Positions 23,423 to 34,470 of a DNA stretch of 64,000 nucleotides are shown one piece after another (within the stretch, counting starts at the first letter, position 1; the number at the start of each line of letters is the position of its first letter). Where the stretch lies: contig CBDAOI010000002.1 of assembly GCA_965198005.1 (NCBI GenBank), positions 544,001 to 608,000 on the forward strand. Direction: 5' to 3'. The notes below the pieces were generated by a model. That model was not told the DNA's origin. It did no database searches and was given only the letters and a program-made list of their open reading frames with translations. The translations under genes were made by a program, and so were the position numbers. This DNA is from Spirochaetia bacterium. Its GTDB lineage: Bacteria > Spirochaetota > Spirochaetia > SZUA-6 > Bin103.

Positions 23423-24134
23423 TCAGAACCGTTCGGAGACTTCCAGGTAGCGCACGTCCTCGGCGGCCGCACGGTCCAGATCGGCGGCGTCGATCCGATA
23501 CCCTGCCACCACCGGCACTGCTTCCTCGCCGAACACCGCAGCAAGTGTGTCCGCACTCTCCCGACTGCGGCGGATATCGTCCGCGTCGATCCGATTGGCC
23601 ACTTCCACGGCAATCCACACCGGCGTTCGTTCGCGGCTCCGCTGCGCGTGCAGGATGACATCCGTCGCGATGATCCGCTGCTCCTGTCGCGAACTGATCC
23701 GGCCGGCCTCCGCGGCGTCCGCGATCGCTTCCTCGAATTCCGCTTCGGCTTGGGGTTGCCCGCTCAGCACGATCCGGGCGCGCCTCAACTGTAAGCGCTG
23801 ACTGAGCAACGGCCGAATCCTTCGATGCACCTGCGTCTCCAAATCCGACCCCTTGAGATATCCCACGTCGGTCTTGAGCCCCGACGTCGGTCTTGAGCTC
23901 CGCTACGTCGGTCTTGAGTTCCGCTACGTCGGTCTTGAGTTCCGCTACGTCGGCCTTGAGTTCCGCTATGTCCTTCTCGATGCGGTCCAGACGCGCCGGC
24001 ATGCCAAGGAACTCGTTCGTCAGCAGGGCGCGCAACAGCGACCGCTGAGCCTGTGGGTTGGCCTGCAACTCCGCAATGATGCGGGCTACCAGCGACTCCG
24101 GATCGAGTTGTTCGGACGCGTGCTGCATCACCAT
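23423..24134 (-). pseudogene. Heptad coiled-coil protein with PD-(D/E)XK-like C-terminus, frameshifted in a tandem repeat
   Basis: (DVAELKT)n joins ORF 23423-23866 (IIATDVIL...IAVEVANRID) if the 19-bp unit at 23865-23883 were 21 bp. Confidence 0.7.
23865..23970. repeat. 21-bp tandem repeat, about 5 units (one of 19 bp)
   Basis: ACGTCGGTCTTGAGTTCCGCT units start at 23865, 23884, 23905, 23926, 23947. Confidence 0.9.
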
Positions 24135-24334
24135 CGTGTTTCCCCCCGGGAAGACAACCAGAAACCTAAACCCGTATCCCCGCGTGGTCAAGGGAACGGC
24201 CTCGCGGCCTCGCGGCTTGTTGAAGCATGCAGGAAGGCGAGAGACCTTCTCCAGGCGCGCCAGGCGCGCTACCAGCTTGCTTCCCCACTGTCGCCCGGTG
24301 GGGTGGTTCCCCACGCGGGCGACAGTGAGATCGG

Positions 24335-24739
24335 CTACGACGCCCGCTTGGCGGCTGCGGGATCCTTGTCGGCGGCCGCGGCGTCCTCGCCGCCGCCGTT
24401 GGCGTCGGTCCGCCGCTGCGGCTGGAACTCCACGTGCTCGGCGACGATCATCACCTTCGAGCGGGCGTTGCCGTCGCCGTCCTGCCAGCGGTCCTGCTTG
24501 AGGCGGCCCACCACGCGCACGCCCCGCCCCTTCTTGAGGTAGTCGTTGCACACAGTCGCCAGCTTGCCCCAGGCGGTGGTTTCGATGAAGGAGACCTCCT
24601 CCTGGCGCTCGTCCTCCACCTTGTAGGAACGGTTCGACGCCACCATGAGGGTGCACACCGGCGTCCCCTTGGGGGTGAAGCGCAGGTCGGGGTCACGACA
24701 CAAGTTGCCTTCCAGCAACACGGAATTGAGATTGTTCAC
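24335..24739 (-). CDS. ssb: Single-stranded DNA-binding protein
   Basis: LNSVLLEGNLCRDP, TAWGKLA, LKKGRGVRVVGRLKQDRW; GGAGG upstream of GTG. Confidence 0.92.
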   Translation of the reverse strand: MNNLNSVLLEGNLCRDPDLRFTPKGTPVCTLMVASNRSYKVEDERQEEVSFIETTAWGKLATVCNDYLKKGRGVRVVGRLKQDRWQDGDGNARSKVMIVAEHVEFQPQRRTDANGGGEDAAAADKDPAAAKRAS

Positions 24740-25004
24740 AATGCCCTCCAGACAGTGTTTTGCGGAAGCCGCGCCGCGGGCGCTGCTCCGCTCTACCCTT
24801 GTCAACAGCGGCCGTTCGTTGCCGCTTCAACGGAGACGCCGCGCTGAGCACGCTCGGTGCTTCCGGTACCTGCGGGCCTACCGGGAGATCACGGGTGGCG
24901 GTTCGCGTACACCCCCGCCTGCTGGAGAATACCTGACGGGGTTGTCCGTCGACGTCGATCTCAACTCGGCGCGCTGGAGCGCGAGGAACTGCGGGCGGAC
25001 CGCT

Positions 25005-25847
25005 TCACGTGCCCCGCGGTCCGTCAACCGGGCGGTTCTTGCCGGTAGCTCGGAGGTTGGCGATCCTGCTCAGCAGGTCGAACCAGAACGGCGCGCCGAG
25101 ACTGATCGCCGCGACGGTCAGGAGCCAACCGACGACCACGCGTACCGTTATGCCGGGGAAGGGATCGGGATAGCCGATCGGAAACGTGCGGAGTTGCGCT
25201 CGCTCGTCGATCCCGCTCAGGTCTCCCGCCGCCACCGCTTCCTCCGCCGCAGCCGCAATCGCGCTGCGGAGCGCGCCGTCCAGCCACAGTTGCTCCGCGA
25301 TCCGCATCGTGTCCGCGTTCACCGCGACGGTGACGACCGCCGCTACCGCCAGCAGGAAGTACTTCACCTGCCGCTTGTACCAGCCCGCGATCCGGTCCAT
25401 GCCGGCGTCGAACCAATCGGCAACACGCCGCCCCAGCTCCTCGACCCGCGGCTCGGCCGTGTCCACCAAGCCGAGCAGCAGGTCGCGCGTCGGATTCTCG
25501 GCGTCGATCTTCCCGATGGTCTCGCGCAACTCCGCGGCGGTCAGCTCGAACGCGTGTTTGCCGGCCTTGTCCCGCGCCACGACCTCAAGCAGCGCGCCGG
25601 CGAAGATCTCCGGCCTGACGTACGACGGCAGCCGCTTCGGCTTGCGCAGCCCCTTGATCAGCGGGTGGTCGTACAGCGCCTGCGCGTACTCGTTGCCGAC
25701 CAAGTTCTCGATGCCGCGCCGGAGATTGCGCGAGCGCAGCCCAAACACGCCGGCGATCACCTCCTGTATCGAACTGCACACCAGACTCAGCGTCACGTAG
25801 AAGAAGATGAGGCCCAAGGCGACGTCAACGATCGGGCCGTTCAACAT
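25005..25847 (-). CDS. Hypothetical membrane protein
   Basis: Hydrophobic segments; WFDAGMDRIAGWYKR and SLGAPFWFDLL motifs. Confidence 0.75.
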   Translation of the reverse strand: MLNGPIVDVALGLIFFYVTLSLVCSSIQEVIAGVFGLRSRNLRRGIENLVGNEYAQALYDHPLIKGLRKPKRLPSYVRPEIFAGALLEVVARDKAGKHAFELTAAELRETIGKIDAENPTRDLLLGLVDTAEPRVEELGRRVADWFDAGMDRIAGWYKRQVKYFLLAVAAVVTVAVNADTMRIAEQLWLDGALRSAIAAAAEEAVAAGDLSGIDERAQLRTFPIGYPDPFPGITVRVVVGWLLTVAAISLGAPFWFDLLSRIANLRATGKNRPVDGPRGT

Positions 25848-26247
25848 TCATCCCACCCTCCCACACCTACCGATGCTACGATAGTAGCCGATCCGGCTGG
25901 TTGCGATCACCGGCACACCCAGAATTGATCGACCGCGCCTCGGCGGCCTCGGATGCACGCCTCGATCGGATGGTCGCGGAGTTGCAGTGGGCACGAGCGC
26001 AGCTCAATGTCCGGCTGGGGACGAACCGCGAGTTCCTGGCCGTAGCGCGGGGTGCTGCCGGAGCTCGCGGTCAGCCTCGACTACCGCAAGCCCCGCTCGG
26101 AGCCGCGGCCCGGCTCGCAATCGGAAACGCCTACCTGGCGATCGCCGCCGACCTCGGCTTCGACGTGCAGCAGGAACTGGTGGCGATCCCACGCTGAGGC
26201 GTGTGCACTGTCGGCATGCTCCGCCGCCATTTTCGGCGATGGTGGCG

Positions 26248-28011
26248 TCAGCCGCCAAACAGCGCCCGCGGGCCGCCGATTGCCTGAAGCTGCTCCTGCA
26301 GGAATTGCAGCCGCCGCTCCTGGTCATTCTCCAGCGACGGATCTTCCTGCAGTTTCGCCTCGTAGGCCTGCTTCACGTCGGGATGCTGCAGCAGCCGCTC
26401 CACCAGCACTTGCCGGCGCTCCGCCGGCATCTGCGCCAAGCTGAAGCCACCGCCGCCCGGACCGCCGCCAGCCGCTGCCCCGGTAGCGGCTCCCGCCCGC
26501 GCCGCGGCGGCGGGCTCTGTCCGTTGACCGCCTGCATCGGCCGCGTTCTGCCGCCCGGCATCGGCTTGGCCAGCACCAGTCTGGCCGCCGCCTCCGGCCC
26601 CCTGCCGCGCGCCACCTTGACCGGCGGGCGCGCCGCCGCCGAACAGTGCCTGCGGGCCGCCGATCGCCTGGAGCTGCTCCTCCAGGAATGCCAACCGCTT
26701 CTCCTCGTCCCTCTCCAGCGACGGATCCTCCTGCAGTTTCGCCTCGTAGGCCTGCTTGACCTGGGGATTCTCCAGCAGTCGCTGTACCAGTGCCTGACGC
26801 CGCTCCGCAGGCAACTGCGCCAAACTGAAGCCGCCGCCGGCGCCGCCCGGACCGCCCGCCGAAGCGCCTGCCACCGCCGTTTCCGGCAGCGGTTCCCCCG
26901 CGGCGCGTACCGCGGATCCGTCACGCAACGACTCATGGCCTACCGTCACCACTACGTCGCCGGCACTGAGGCCGCTGGTGACCTCCACCAGCTCCCGCGC
27001 CGACAGCCCCACCGCCACCGGCGTGCGCACTGCCACGCCTTCCTGCACGCGGTACACGATACTCTGGTCGCGCTCCAGCAGGATTGCGCGCTTGGGCACC
27101 ACCAGGGCGTCGGGCCGGGTTTCGGTCGGCACCTGCACGGTGACGAACGTACCCGGAACCAGCGCGCCGGCAGCGGCCATGGCGTTCAGTTCCACCGTGA
27201 CCTTGACGGTACCCGACTCGGCGTCGACCACGGGGCTGACGCGGATGATGGTCCCGGCGGCCCGGATGTCGCCGGCAGCCTGAATCCGCACTTCCTGTCC
27301 CACGCTCAGACTCTGCCGCCCCGCGTCGGGAACATGGATCACCGCCAGCAGCGGATCGGGGTCGAGCACGTGGAACAGCCGGGTGTTGGCCGAGATCGTC
27401 GCCCCCGGCTCCACCGACCGCTCGCCGACGATGCCGGTCAGCGGCGAGCGGATCTCGGTATCGCCGAGTTGCTGGCGGGAGCGTTCCAGCGCGATGGTAC
27501 GCAGCTCGATCTGATAGCGCTGATTCTCCAGTTCCCGTTGGGTGACGCCGCCATGCTTCGCCAGTTCGGCGGTCCGTTCGTACTCTCGCTGAATGTTGTC
27601 GTAGTGAGCCTGCGCCTCCGCCAGGGCAAGACGGGCGTCGTCCTGATCCAACTGCGCCAGCAGTTGCCCCGCGCGTACGGCGTCGCCCTCCTGCACCAGC
27701 ACCTCGATCACCGCGCCGCCGGCGCGGGCCACCACGTCGATGGAGCGCTCGGCGGTCAGGGTAGTGGTTGCCACCAGAAAGCTGGACACCGTCTCCCGCA
27801 CCACGTCCGCGGTCACCACCGGGAGGGCCGCGGTCTGGCCGCCGAAGCCGCCGCCCGCGCCGCCGAAGCCGCCCGTCGTGGCGCTTGCCTGGCTGCCGGA
27901 GCGGCCCAGAATGTTGTTCACCACGCCACAGCCGGCCAGCAGCGAGGCCAGGGCAAGCAGCCCGGCCAGCGCCAGTCCGGTTCTCACTCTCCGCTGCCGG
28001 TTGTCTCTCAC
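26248..28011 (-). CDS. RND periplasmic adaptor (MFP) lipoprotein with duplicated C-terminal domain
   Basis: LLAGC lipobox; VQEGDAVRAGQLL, IRSPLTG, LVVPKRAI; 68-aa module present twice. Confidence 0.9.
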   Translation of the reverse strand: MRDNRQRRVRTGLALAGLLALASLLAGCGVVNNILGRSGSQASATTGGFGGAGGGFGGQTAALPVVTADVVRETVSSFLVATTTLTAERSIDVVARAGGAVIEVLVQEGDAVRAGQLLAQLDQDDARLALAEAQAHYDNIQREYERTAELAKHGGVTQRELENQRYQIELRTIALERSRQQLGDTEIRSPLTGIVGERSVEPGATISANTRLFHVLDPDPLLAVIHVPDAGRQSLSVGQEVRIQAAGDIRAAGTIIRVSPVVDAESGTVKVTVELNAMAAAGALVPGTFVTVQVPTETRPDALVVPKRAILLERDQSIVYRVQEGVAVRTPVAVGLSARELVEVTSGLSAGDVVVTVGHESLRDGSAVRAAGEPLPETAVAGASAGGPGGAGGGFSLAQLPAERRQALVQRLLENPQVKQAYEAKLQEDPSLERDEEKRLAFLEEQLQAIGGPQALFGGGAPAGQGGARQGAGGGGQTGAGQADAGRQNAADAGGQRTEPAAAARAGAATGAAAGGGPGGGGFSLAQMPAERRQVLVERLLQHPDVKQAYEAKLQEDPSLENDQERRLQFLQEQLQAIGGPRALFGG

Positions 28012-28093
28012 CAGCCCGCCTCCTCTTGGTCCACTCCAGGCGCCGCCACGGCAGCGCCCGGTGCTCCGGCGCCACGCCGGCAGATGGCGCGCG

Positions 28094-31000
28094 TCACCGT
28101 CCCGCCTCCTGCGCAGTCCGACGTGGCGTTCGCCGATCGGCCGGCAGCATCGCCCACGCGACCCGCCGCAAGAACTGGGACAAGTCGTCGAACACAGCGT
28201 AGATGGTCGGCATCACCACCAGCGTCATGAAGGTGGAAGTGGTCAGACCTCCGACCACGGCCAGCGCTATCGGCCCCCAGGTTCCGGCGCGCCCCTCCAC
28301 CGGACCGAACACCCCGGGCGCCACCAGCGGCGCCACCAGCGGGAACAGCCCCAGCAGCGTGGTGCAGGCGGTAATGAGAATCGGGCGCAGTCGATCGCAG
28401 CCACCGGTGATGATCGCTTCCGTGCGCGCCATCCCGCCGGCGCGCAGCCGGTTGACGTGGTCTATCAGAATTATGCCGTTGTTCACCACCACCCCCGCCA
28501 GCACCATGATCCCGAGCCAGGAGTTGGTGTTGAGGGTGGTGCCCGTGAGGTAGAACAGCAGGGTCACCCCGAGCAGCGAGAACGGCAACGACGTGAGGAT
28601 CGTGATCGGATGCACGAACGACTCGAACAGCGCCGCCATCACCAGGTAGATGAACACCGCGGCGAGCAGCAGGGCGAACAGCGACGCCTGCTCCGATTGC
28701 TGGAAACGGCGGAAGTTCTGCCCCACCTCGGCGCTGTAGCCGGGCGGGAGCTGCTGCTGGTTCAGCATGCCCTCGATCTGGCCCCGCAGGCTGAACATGC
28801 CGCGCAGGTCGGTGTTGGCGGTTACCGAGACGATCTCGCTGCCGCCATCGCGCTGAATCGAGCGCGGACCCGGCTGGCGCTCGAAGGTGGCCAAGGTTCC
28901 GAGCGGCACCGCGCCGGCCCCCTGCTCCACCGGGAGCTGCGCCAACCCGCTCAGGTCGACGCGTGCCGTCTCCGTCACCCGCACCCGGATCGGCAACTCG
29001 TCAGCGCCCGCGGCCAGAGTGCCGGCGCTGCTCTCGCTCAGGTTGGCGCTCAGGAGCTGGCCCACCGCCGTGGCGCTCAGATCGGCGGCGGTAGCGCGGT
29101 CGCGGTTGACCCGTACCTGGAGCTGCTCGTCCCCCGACTCGAGGTTGGTGCTCACGTCGTCGACCCCGGGCAGCGCCCCCAGGCGGGCGCCGATGTCCTC
29201 CGCGAACAGCGCCAGCACCTCGGTGTTGGGGCCGGTGACGTCCACCGACACGCCCAGCGCTCCGCCACCGCCGCGGCCCCAGCGCCGCCCCACCGAGAAG
29301 GTATAGCCGGGAAGCTGCGGCAGCATGGCGCGAATCTCGTTGGTGAGCTCGGCGGTGGAACGCTGCGTGGAAGCGTCGTCGCGGAAGTACACGGTCACGC
29401 TGCCGTTGCGGGCGGAGAAGTTGGCCGCCACCGCGTCGATCTCCAGCTCGTCGGTGCGGGCCAGCAGGTCGCGTTCGAAAGCCGCGAACACCGCCTGCGT
29501 CTCGGCGAACGACATGCCGTTCTCGGCGCTAACCGCGATCGACATCCGCCGTGCGGGAGTGGGCGGCGTGAACTCGCGCTCGATCTTGGTGAGCAGATAG
29601 ACACCGCCGCCGAGCACGGCCAGCATGCAGCCGATGGTGATCAGGCGGTGGTGCAGGGTCCAGCGCAGTACCGCCCGGTAAGCCGCGGCGAGGCCATCCA
29701 TGAGCCGGTGCCGCCCGCCGCCGGCCGCCACCAGGAAGCGCGAGCTGACCACGGGAATCAGGCTCAGCGAAACCACCAGGGAGGCAATCATGGCGGCCAC
29801 CATGGTAGTGGCGAAGTCGCCCATGAAGCGCCCGAAGGGGGTGGCCGAGGTGAACAGCACCGGCACGAACACGATGATGGAGGTGATGGTGGCCGCGAAC
29901 ACCGGGGTGGTGACCTCGCCCGCGCCGCGAATGGCCGCCGCCTGCGGGGCCAGTCCCCGCTCCCGGTAGCGGTAGATGTTCTCCAGCACCACGACGCTGT
30001 TGTCCACCAGCATTCCCACGGCCAGCATCAAACCACTCAGCGAGATCACGTTCAGCGAAAAGTTGAGCCCGCCCACCCGCCGCATCAGGAACACTACCGC
30101 GAAGGTGGCGATGATGGAGATCGGGATGGCGATCGCCACCACCAGCGTTGCGCGCACCCTCAGCAGGAAGGCGAACAGCACCAGCACCGCGAGACCGGCG
30201 CCGATCAACCCCGAGTTGCGCAGATTGCCCAAGCTGGTGGTGATCTCCTGCGACTGATCGAAGAACACGAAGGTGGACAGACCCGGCGTCGCCGCCTCGA
30301 TGGCCGCCAACTGGGCGCGCGCGTCGCGGACCACGCTCACCACGTTGGCGTCGGAGCCCTTGAACACGCGCACCGTTACCGCCTCCGCCAGGTTGAGGCG
30401 CTGCACGCTCTCCTGGTCGCCCACCCCACGACGGACCACCCCCACGTCGCCGATGCGGGCGCCGGCACCGGCGATCGGCAGCGCCGCGATCTCTTCCAGG
30501 TCGGTGAACGAGCCCACCGAGCGCACGAAGTAGCGCCGCCCGCCGTCGATCAGGTAGCCGCCGGCCAGGTCCACGTTGTTGGCACGCAGGCTGCGGACCA
30601 GCTCGTCGACTGCCACTCCCAGCGACGCCATCGCCTGCGGATCGAGGTCGATCATCACCTCCTCTGCCTGCAGGCCGCGTACGACCACGTCGGCCACGCC
30701 GTCGAGCCGCAACAAGCGTGGCACGATCAGATCCTCGGTGATGCGTTCCAACTCGGCGCGGCTGCCTTCTCTGGCGACGCTGAGCTGCAGGATCGGGATA
30801 TCGGTGGTTGAGAAGTTGGAAACACGAATCCGCCCGATGCCGTCCGGCAGCTCGGCGCGGATGCGGTCGATGCGGTCGCGGAGCTCGGCCGCTGCCAGAT
30901 CCACGTCGGTGCCGACGACGAACTGGGCGCGAACCCGCGCCGAGCTGGCCGAGGAGGTGGAGCTCACCGACTCGATCCCGCCCATGCCGCCGATGGCGCC

Positions 31001-31207
31001 TTCAATCGGAGCGGCGACCCGCCGCTCCACCTCTTCCGGCGAAGAGTCGGGAAACGGCGCCACGACCGTCAGGGCCGGACTCTCGATCTCCGGCAGAAAC
31101 AGCAGCGGTAGCTGGCCGATGGCAAAGAAGCCGAACAGACTTACCGCGGCAATGGCCAGGATCACCCCCAGCGGGCGGCGTACGGAAAATTCGGCGAACG
31201 AGGTCAT
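28094..31207 (-). CDS. RND efflux permease 2
   Basis: 1037 aa; GMLVDNSVVVLENI, GVVVNNGI, RLRPILIT. Confidence 0.95.
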   Translation of the reverse strand: MTSFAEFSVRRPLGVILAIAAVSLFGFFAIGQLPLLFLPEIESPALTVVAPFPDSSPEEVERRVAAPIEGAIGGMGGIESVSSTSSASSARVRAQFVVGTDVDLAAAELRDRIDRIRAELPDGIGRIRVSNFSTTDIPILQLSVAREGSRAELERITEDLIVPRLLRLDGVADVVVRGLQAEEVMIDLDPQAMASLGVAVDELVRSLRANNVDLAGGYLIDGGRRYFVRSVGSFTDLEEIAALPIAGAGARIGDVGVVRRGVGDQESVQRLNLAEAVTVRVFKGSDANVVSVVRDARAQLAAIEAATPGLSTFVFFDQSQEITTSLGNLRNSGLIGAGLAVLVLFAFLLRVRATLVVAIAIPISIIATFAVVFLMRRVGGLNFSLNVISLSGLMLAVGMLVDNSVVVLENIYRYRERGLAPQAAAIRGAGEVTTPVFAATITSIIVFVPVLFTSATPFGRFMGDFATTMVAAMIASLVVSLSLIPVVSSRFLVAAGGGRHRLMDGLAAAYRAVLRWTLHHRLITIGCMLAVLGGGVYLLTKIEREFTPPTPARRMSIAVSAENGMSFAETQAVFAAFERDLLARTDELEIDAVAANFSARNGSVTVYFRDDASTQRSTAELTNEIRAMLPQLPGYTFSVGRRWGRGGGGALGVSVDVTGPNTEVLALFAEDIGARLGALPGVDDVSTNLESGDEQLQVRVNRDRATAADLSATAVGQLLSANLSESSAGTLAAGADELPIRVRVTETARVDLSGLAQLPVEQGAGAVPLGTLATFERQPGPRSIQRDGGSEIVSVTANTDLRGMFSLRGQIEGMLNQQQLPPGYSAEVGQNFRRFQQSEQASLFALLLAAVFIYLVMAALFESFVHPITILTSLPFSLLGVTLLFYLTGTTLNTNSWLGIMVLAGVVVNNGIILIDHVNRLRAGGMARTEAIITGGCDRLRPILITACTTLLGLFPLVAPLVAPGVFGPVEGRAGTWGPIALAVVGGLTTSTFMTLVVMPTIYAVFDDLSQFLRRVAWAMLPADRRTPRRTAQEAGR

Positions 31208-34200
31208 GAACGCACCTCCGGGGCTTCGCTGTCGGCGGCCGCGCTTGCGGACTCACTGCTACGGCGCGCCACGCGCCCGCCGACAAGGGAATACAGGGTC
31301 GGAATCAATACCAGCGTGATCAGCGTGGAGAACAGCAGCCCCCCGATCACCGTCACGGCCAGCGGCTGGCGCAGTTCCCAACCCTGACCGAGCCGCAACG
31401 CCAGGGGCACCAACCCCAGCACCGTGGTGGCCGTGGTCATCAGGATCGGGCGCAGCCGGGTCACCGCGGCCTGCTGAATCGCCGTCCGAGGATCCATTCC
31501 CCGGCGCCGCAGTTGATTGACGTAGTCCACCAGCACGATGGCGTTGTTGACCACGATGCCGGCCATCATGATCACCCCGATCAGAGCGATCGCACTCACC
31601 GGGACGGCGAAAATCGCCAGCGTCAACACTACGCCCACCAGACCGAACGGCACCGCCGCCAGAATGATGAGCGGATGCAGCAGTGACTCGAACTGCGCCG
31701 CCATCACCAGGTAGGTGAGCACCACGGCCAGGATGATGGCCAGCCGCATGCTGGCGAAGGAGTCGACCATGTCCTGCCACTGTCCGGCCAGCTCGGCGTG
31801 CACGCCGTATTCGGCTGCCGCCTGATCGAGCACCGCGCGCACCTCGCCCGTGACGCTGCCCAGGTCGCGTCCATCCAGATTTCCGGTCACCAGCACCACC
31901 GGCCGCTGGTCGATGCGGCGGATCTCGTTGGCGCCGTCGACCACGGTGACCGCCGCCACCGCCGACAGCGGCACCAGCACGTCGCCGACGGTAGTGACGA
32001 TCAGTGCCGCCAGATCATCGATGGTGGCACGGTCCTCCGGCCGGGTGCGCACCCGTAGCGCCACGTCCTGACGGCCGCGCTCCAGCTCGGTGGGCACCTC
32101 GCCCTGCAGCTTGGCAGCCACGATCCCACCCACTTCCTCGGCGTCGAGACCCAATTCGGCCAGTCTGGGCCGGTTCAGATCGAGCACCACCTCCGGGCTG
32201 GTGCCGGCCAGCCTGGCGCTGACATCGGCCAGTCCGGTGACCGTCTGCAGCCGGCCGGCGACCGCCCGTGCCGCGTGCTCCAGCACCGCGGGTGCCGCGC
32301 CGCTGATGCGCGCCTCCACCGCGGCGTCGAAAGTGAGCAACGGCGGACGGCCGAAGGTGACCGTGGCGCCGGGAACGCCGGCCAGCGCGTCGCGGAGCTC
32401 GGCCAGAGCCTGGTCCTCGCCGCCGCCCCGGTACTGCGGCCGCAGATCGATCAGGATCTGTCCGCGGTTCTCACGCACCTCGTTGCCGGTGCGCGACGAT
32501 CCGGCAACCGCGTAGGTCTGCGCCACCGCCGGCAACTCGGCGGCGCGGCGCTGCATCTCGGCCAGAGTGACGTCGGTACGCGCCACCGGAGTGCCGGGCG
32601 GCAACTCCACGTCGGCGACGATGGTGCCCTGACGGATCTCGGGAATCAGCTCGGTGCCGAGCAGCGGCACCAGACTCAGGGCGCCCGCCAGCAGCAGCAC
32701 GGAGAGGAGCACCACCAGGAACCGATGCCGCAACGCCCATCCCAGCAGGCGCGGGTAGCCGCCGCTGACCACGCCGTAGAATCGTTCAAACAGCCAGAAC
32801 AAGGGTGTGAGGAGCAGCCGCAGCAGCACCCCTGCGCCGCGCCCCACCGCCAGCAGGCCGCGCCCCGGTGCCGCGGCCACGCGCACCGACAGCAGATCGC
32901 GGGCGATCTCCTCCGCTTGCCGAGCGGGTGGCGGAGTATCGGCGGGTGCCGGGTCGACACGGCGAGTCGCAGGCGCCGGCCTGCGCAGACCGACGGCGCT
33001 GGCCATGGGAATCAGGGTCAGTGCCACTGCCAGGCTCACCACCAGCGAGAACGTGACCGTCAGCGCCGGATCGACGAATAGCTGCCCGGCGATGCCGCTC
33101 ACGAACACCACGGGGATGAACACACACAGGGTCGTCAGAGTGGACGCAACCACCGCCCCGCCCACTTCCGCGCCGCCGGCCCGGGCCGCGGCAGTGCGGT
33201 CGGCGGCGGCGTTCAGGTGGCGGTCGATGCTCTCCAGCACCACGATCGAGCTGTCCACCAGCATGCCGATGCCGAGCGCCAGCCCACCGAGCGACATGAT
33301 GTTGAGCGAGACGCCGCCCAGGAACATGAGAAAGAAGCTGGCGATTACCGAGATGGGGATCGCCAACCCCACCATCAGGGTGCTGCGCAGGCGGCGCAGG
33401 AACAGGTACAGCACCGCGATCGCCAGCACGCCGCCGAGCACCGCGGCCTGGATCACGTCGCGGATCGACTGTTCGATGAAGCGCGACTGGTCCGCCACCA
33501 CGCGCAACTCGACGTCGACCACGCCGGCCAGCTCCTCCGCCACCTCGGCGAGGCGGGCACGCACGGCGACGGCCACGGCGACGGTGTTGGCGGCGGCCTC
33601 CTTGTGGATCGCGACCTCGACGCTGGGCTGGCGGTTGGTGCGGGTGATCGTGGACTGTTCCTGGTAGCCGTTGCGCACCTCGGCCAGATCCTGCAGCCGT
33701 ATCTGGACATCGCCAACCTCGCCCACCACGATGCGGCCGATCTCCTCCAGGTCGGCGAACCGCGCCAGCACGCGCACGATATACTCGGCGGCACCGTCGG
33801 CTATGCTGCCTCCGGTGACGTCGACGTTCTCCCGCTGCAGCCGGCTGGCGATCTGCGACAGCGAGATATCGAGCAGCGCGGCACGGCGCTGGTCGACGTT
33901 GATCTGAATCTCCTCCTCCACGCCGCCGGAGACGATGGCGGCGGCCACCCCGTCGATGCTTTCCAGGCGCTGCTTGATCGACTGCTCGGCCAGCAGGCGC
34001 AACCCTGCCTGATCGGCCACGCCCACCGCGCCCGGCGCCGCGCTACCGACGCTGATGCGCATGATCGGATCCAGCGCCGGATCGAAGCGCAGCAGGATCG
34101 GCTCCTCCGCCGCACGCGGCAGCGCCAGTTGGGCGAGCTGCTCGCGTACGTCGATGGCGGCGAAGTCCATGTCGGTGCCCCAGGCGAACTCCATGATCAC

Positions 34201-34470
34201 GTCGGACAGACCGGCCCGGGAGATGCTGGAGAGGTCCACCACGCCCGAGACGATCCCCACCGCATCCTCGATGGAGGTGGTGACGAAGGTCTCGACGTCG
34301 GCGGGGGCCACGCCGGGGTACTCGGTGCGGATGGTCAGGGTAGGGAACGACAGGTCGGGCAGCAGGTCCACCGGCAGCTCGCGAAACGAGATCAGCCCGA
34401 ACATCACCAGGGCCACGAACAACACCACCACCGTCACCGGACGGCGGGTCGCCAGGGAAACGATTCTCAC
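31204..34470 (-). CDS. RND efflux permease 1
   Basis: 1088 aa; GMLVDSSIVVLESI, GIVVNNAIV, RLRPILMTT. Confidence 0.95.
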   Translation of the reverse strand: MRIVSLATRRPVTVVVLFVALVMFGLISFRELPVDLLPDLSFPTLTIRTEYPGVAPADVETFVTTSIEDAVGIVSGVVDLSSISRAGLSDVIMEFAWGTDMDFAAIDVREQLAQLALPRAAEEPILLRFDPALDPIMRISVGSAAPGAVGVADQAGLRLLAEQSIKQRLESIDGVAAAIVSGGVEEEIQINVDQRRAALLDISLSQIASRLQRENVDVTGGSIADGAAEYIVRVLARFADLEEIGRIVVGEVGDVQIRLQDLAEVRNGYQEQSTITRTNRQPSVEVAIHKEAAANTVAVAVAVRARLAEVAEELAGVVDVELRVVADQSRFIEQSIRDVIQAAVLGGVLAIAVLYLFLRRLRSTLMVGLAIPISVIASFFLMFLGGVSLNIMSLGGLALGIGMLVDSSIVVLESIDRHLNAAADRTAAARAGGAEVGGAVVASTLTTLCVFIPVVFVSGIAGQLFVDPALTVTFSLVVSLAVALTLIPMASAVGLRRPAPATRRVDPAPADTPPPARQAEEIARDLLSVRVAAAPGRGLLAVGRGAGVLLRLLLTPLFWLFERFYGVVSGGYPRLLGWALRHRFLVVLLSVLLLAGALSLVPLLGTELIPEIRQGTIVADVELPPGTPVARTDVTLAEMQRRAAELPAVAQTYAVAGSSRTGNEVRENRGQILIDLRPQYRGGGEDQALAELRDALAGVPGATVTFGRPPLLTFDAAVEARISGAAPAVLEHAARAVAGRLQTVTGLADVSARLAGTSPEVVLDLNRPRLAELGLDAEEVGGIVAAKLQGEVPTELERGRQDVALRVRTRPEDRATIDDLAALIVTTVGDVLVPLSAVAAVTVVDGANEIRRIDQRPVVLVTGNLDGRDLGSVTGEVRAVLDQAAAEYGVHAELAGQWQDMVDSFASMRLAIILAVVLTYLVMAAQFESLLHPLIILAAVPFGLVGVVLTLAIFAVPVSAIALIGVIMMAGIVVNNAIVLVDYVNQLRRRGMDPRTAIQQAAVTRLRPILMTTATTVLGLVPLALRLGQGWELRQPLAVTVIGGLLFSTLITLVLIPTLYSLVGGRVARRSSESASAAADSEAPEVRS

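Noticed and set aside
25901-26197. Possible small gene converging on the RND operon
   Set aside because: No clear start, RBS or family motif.
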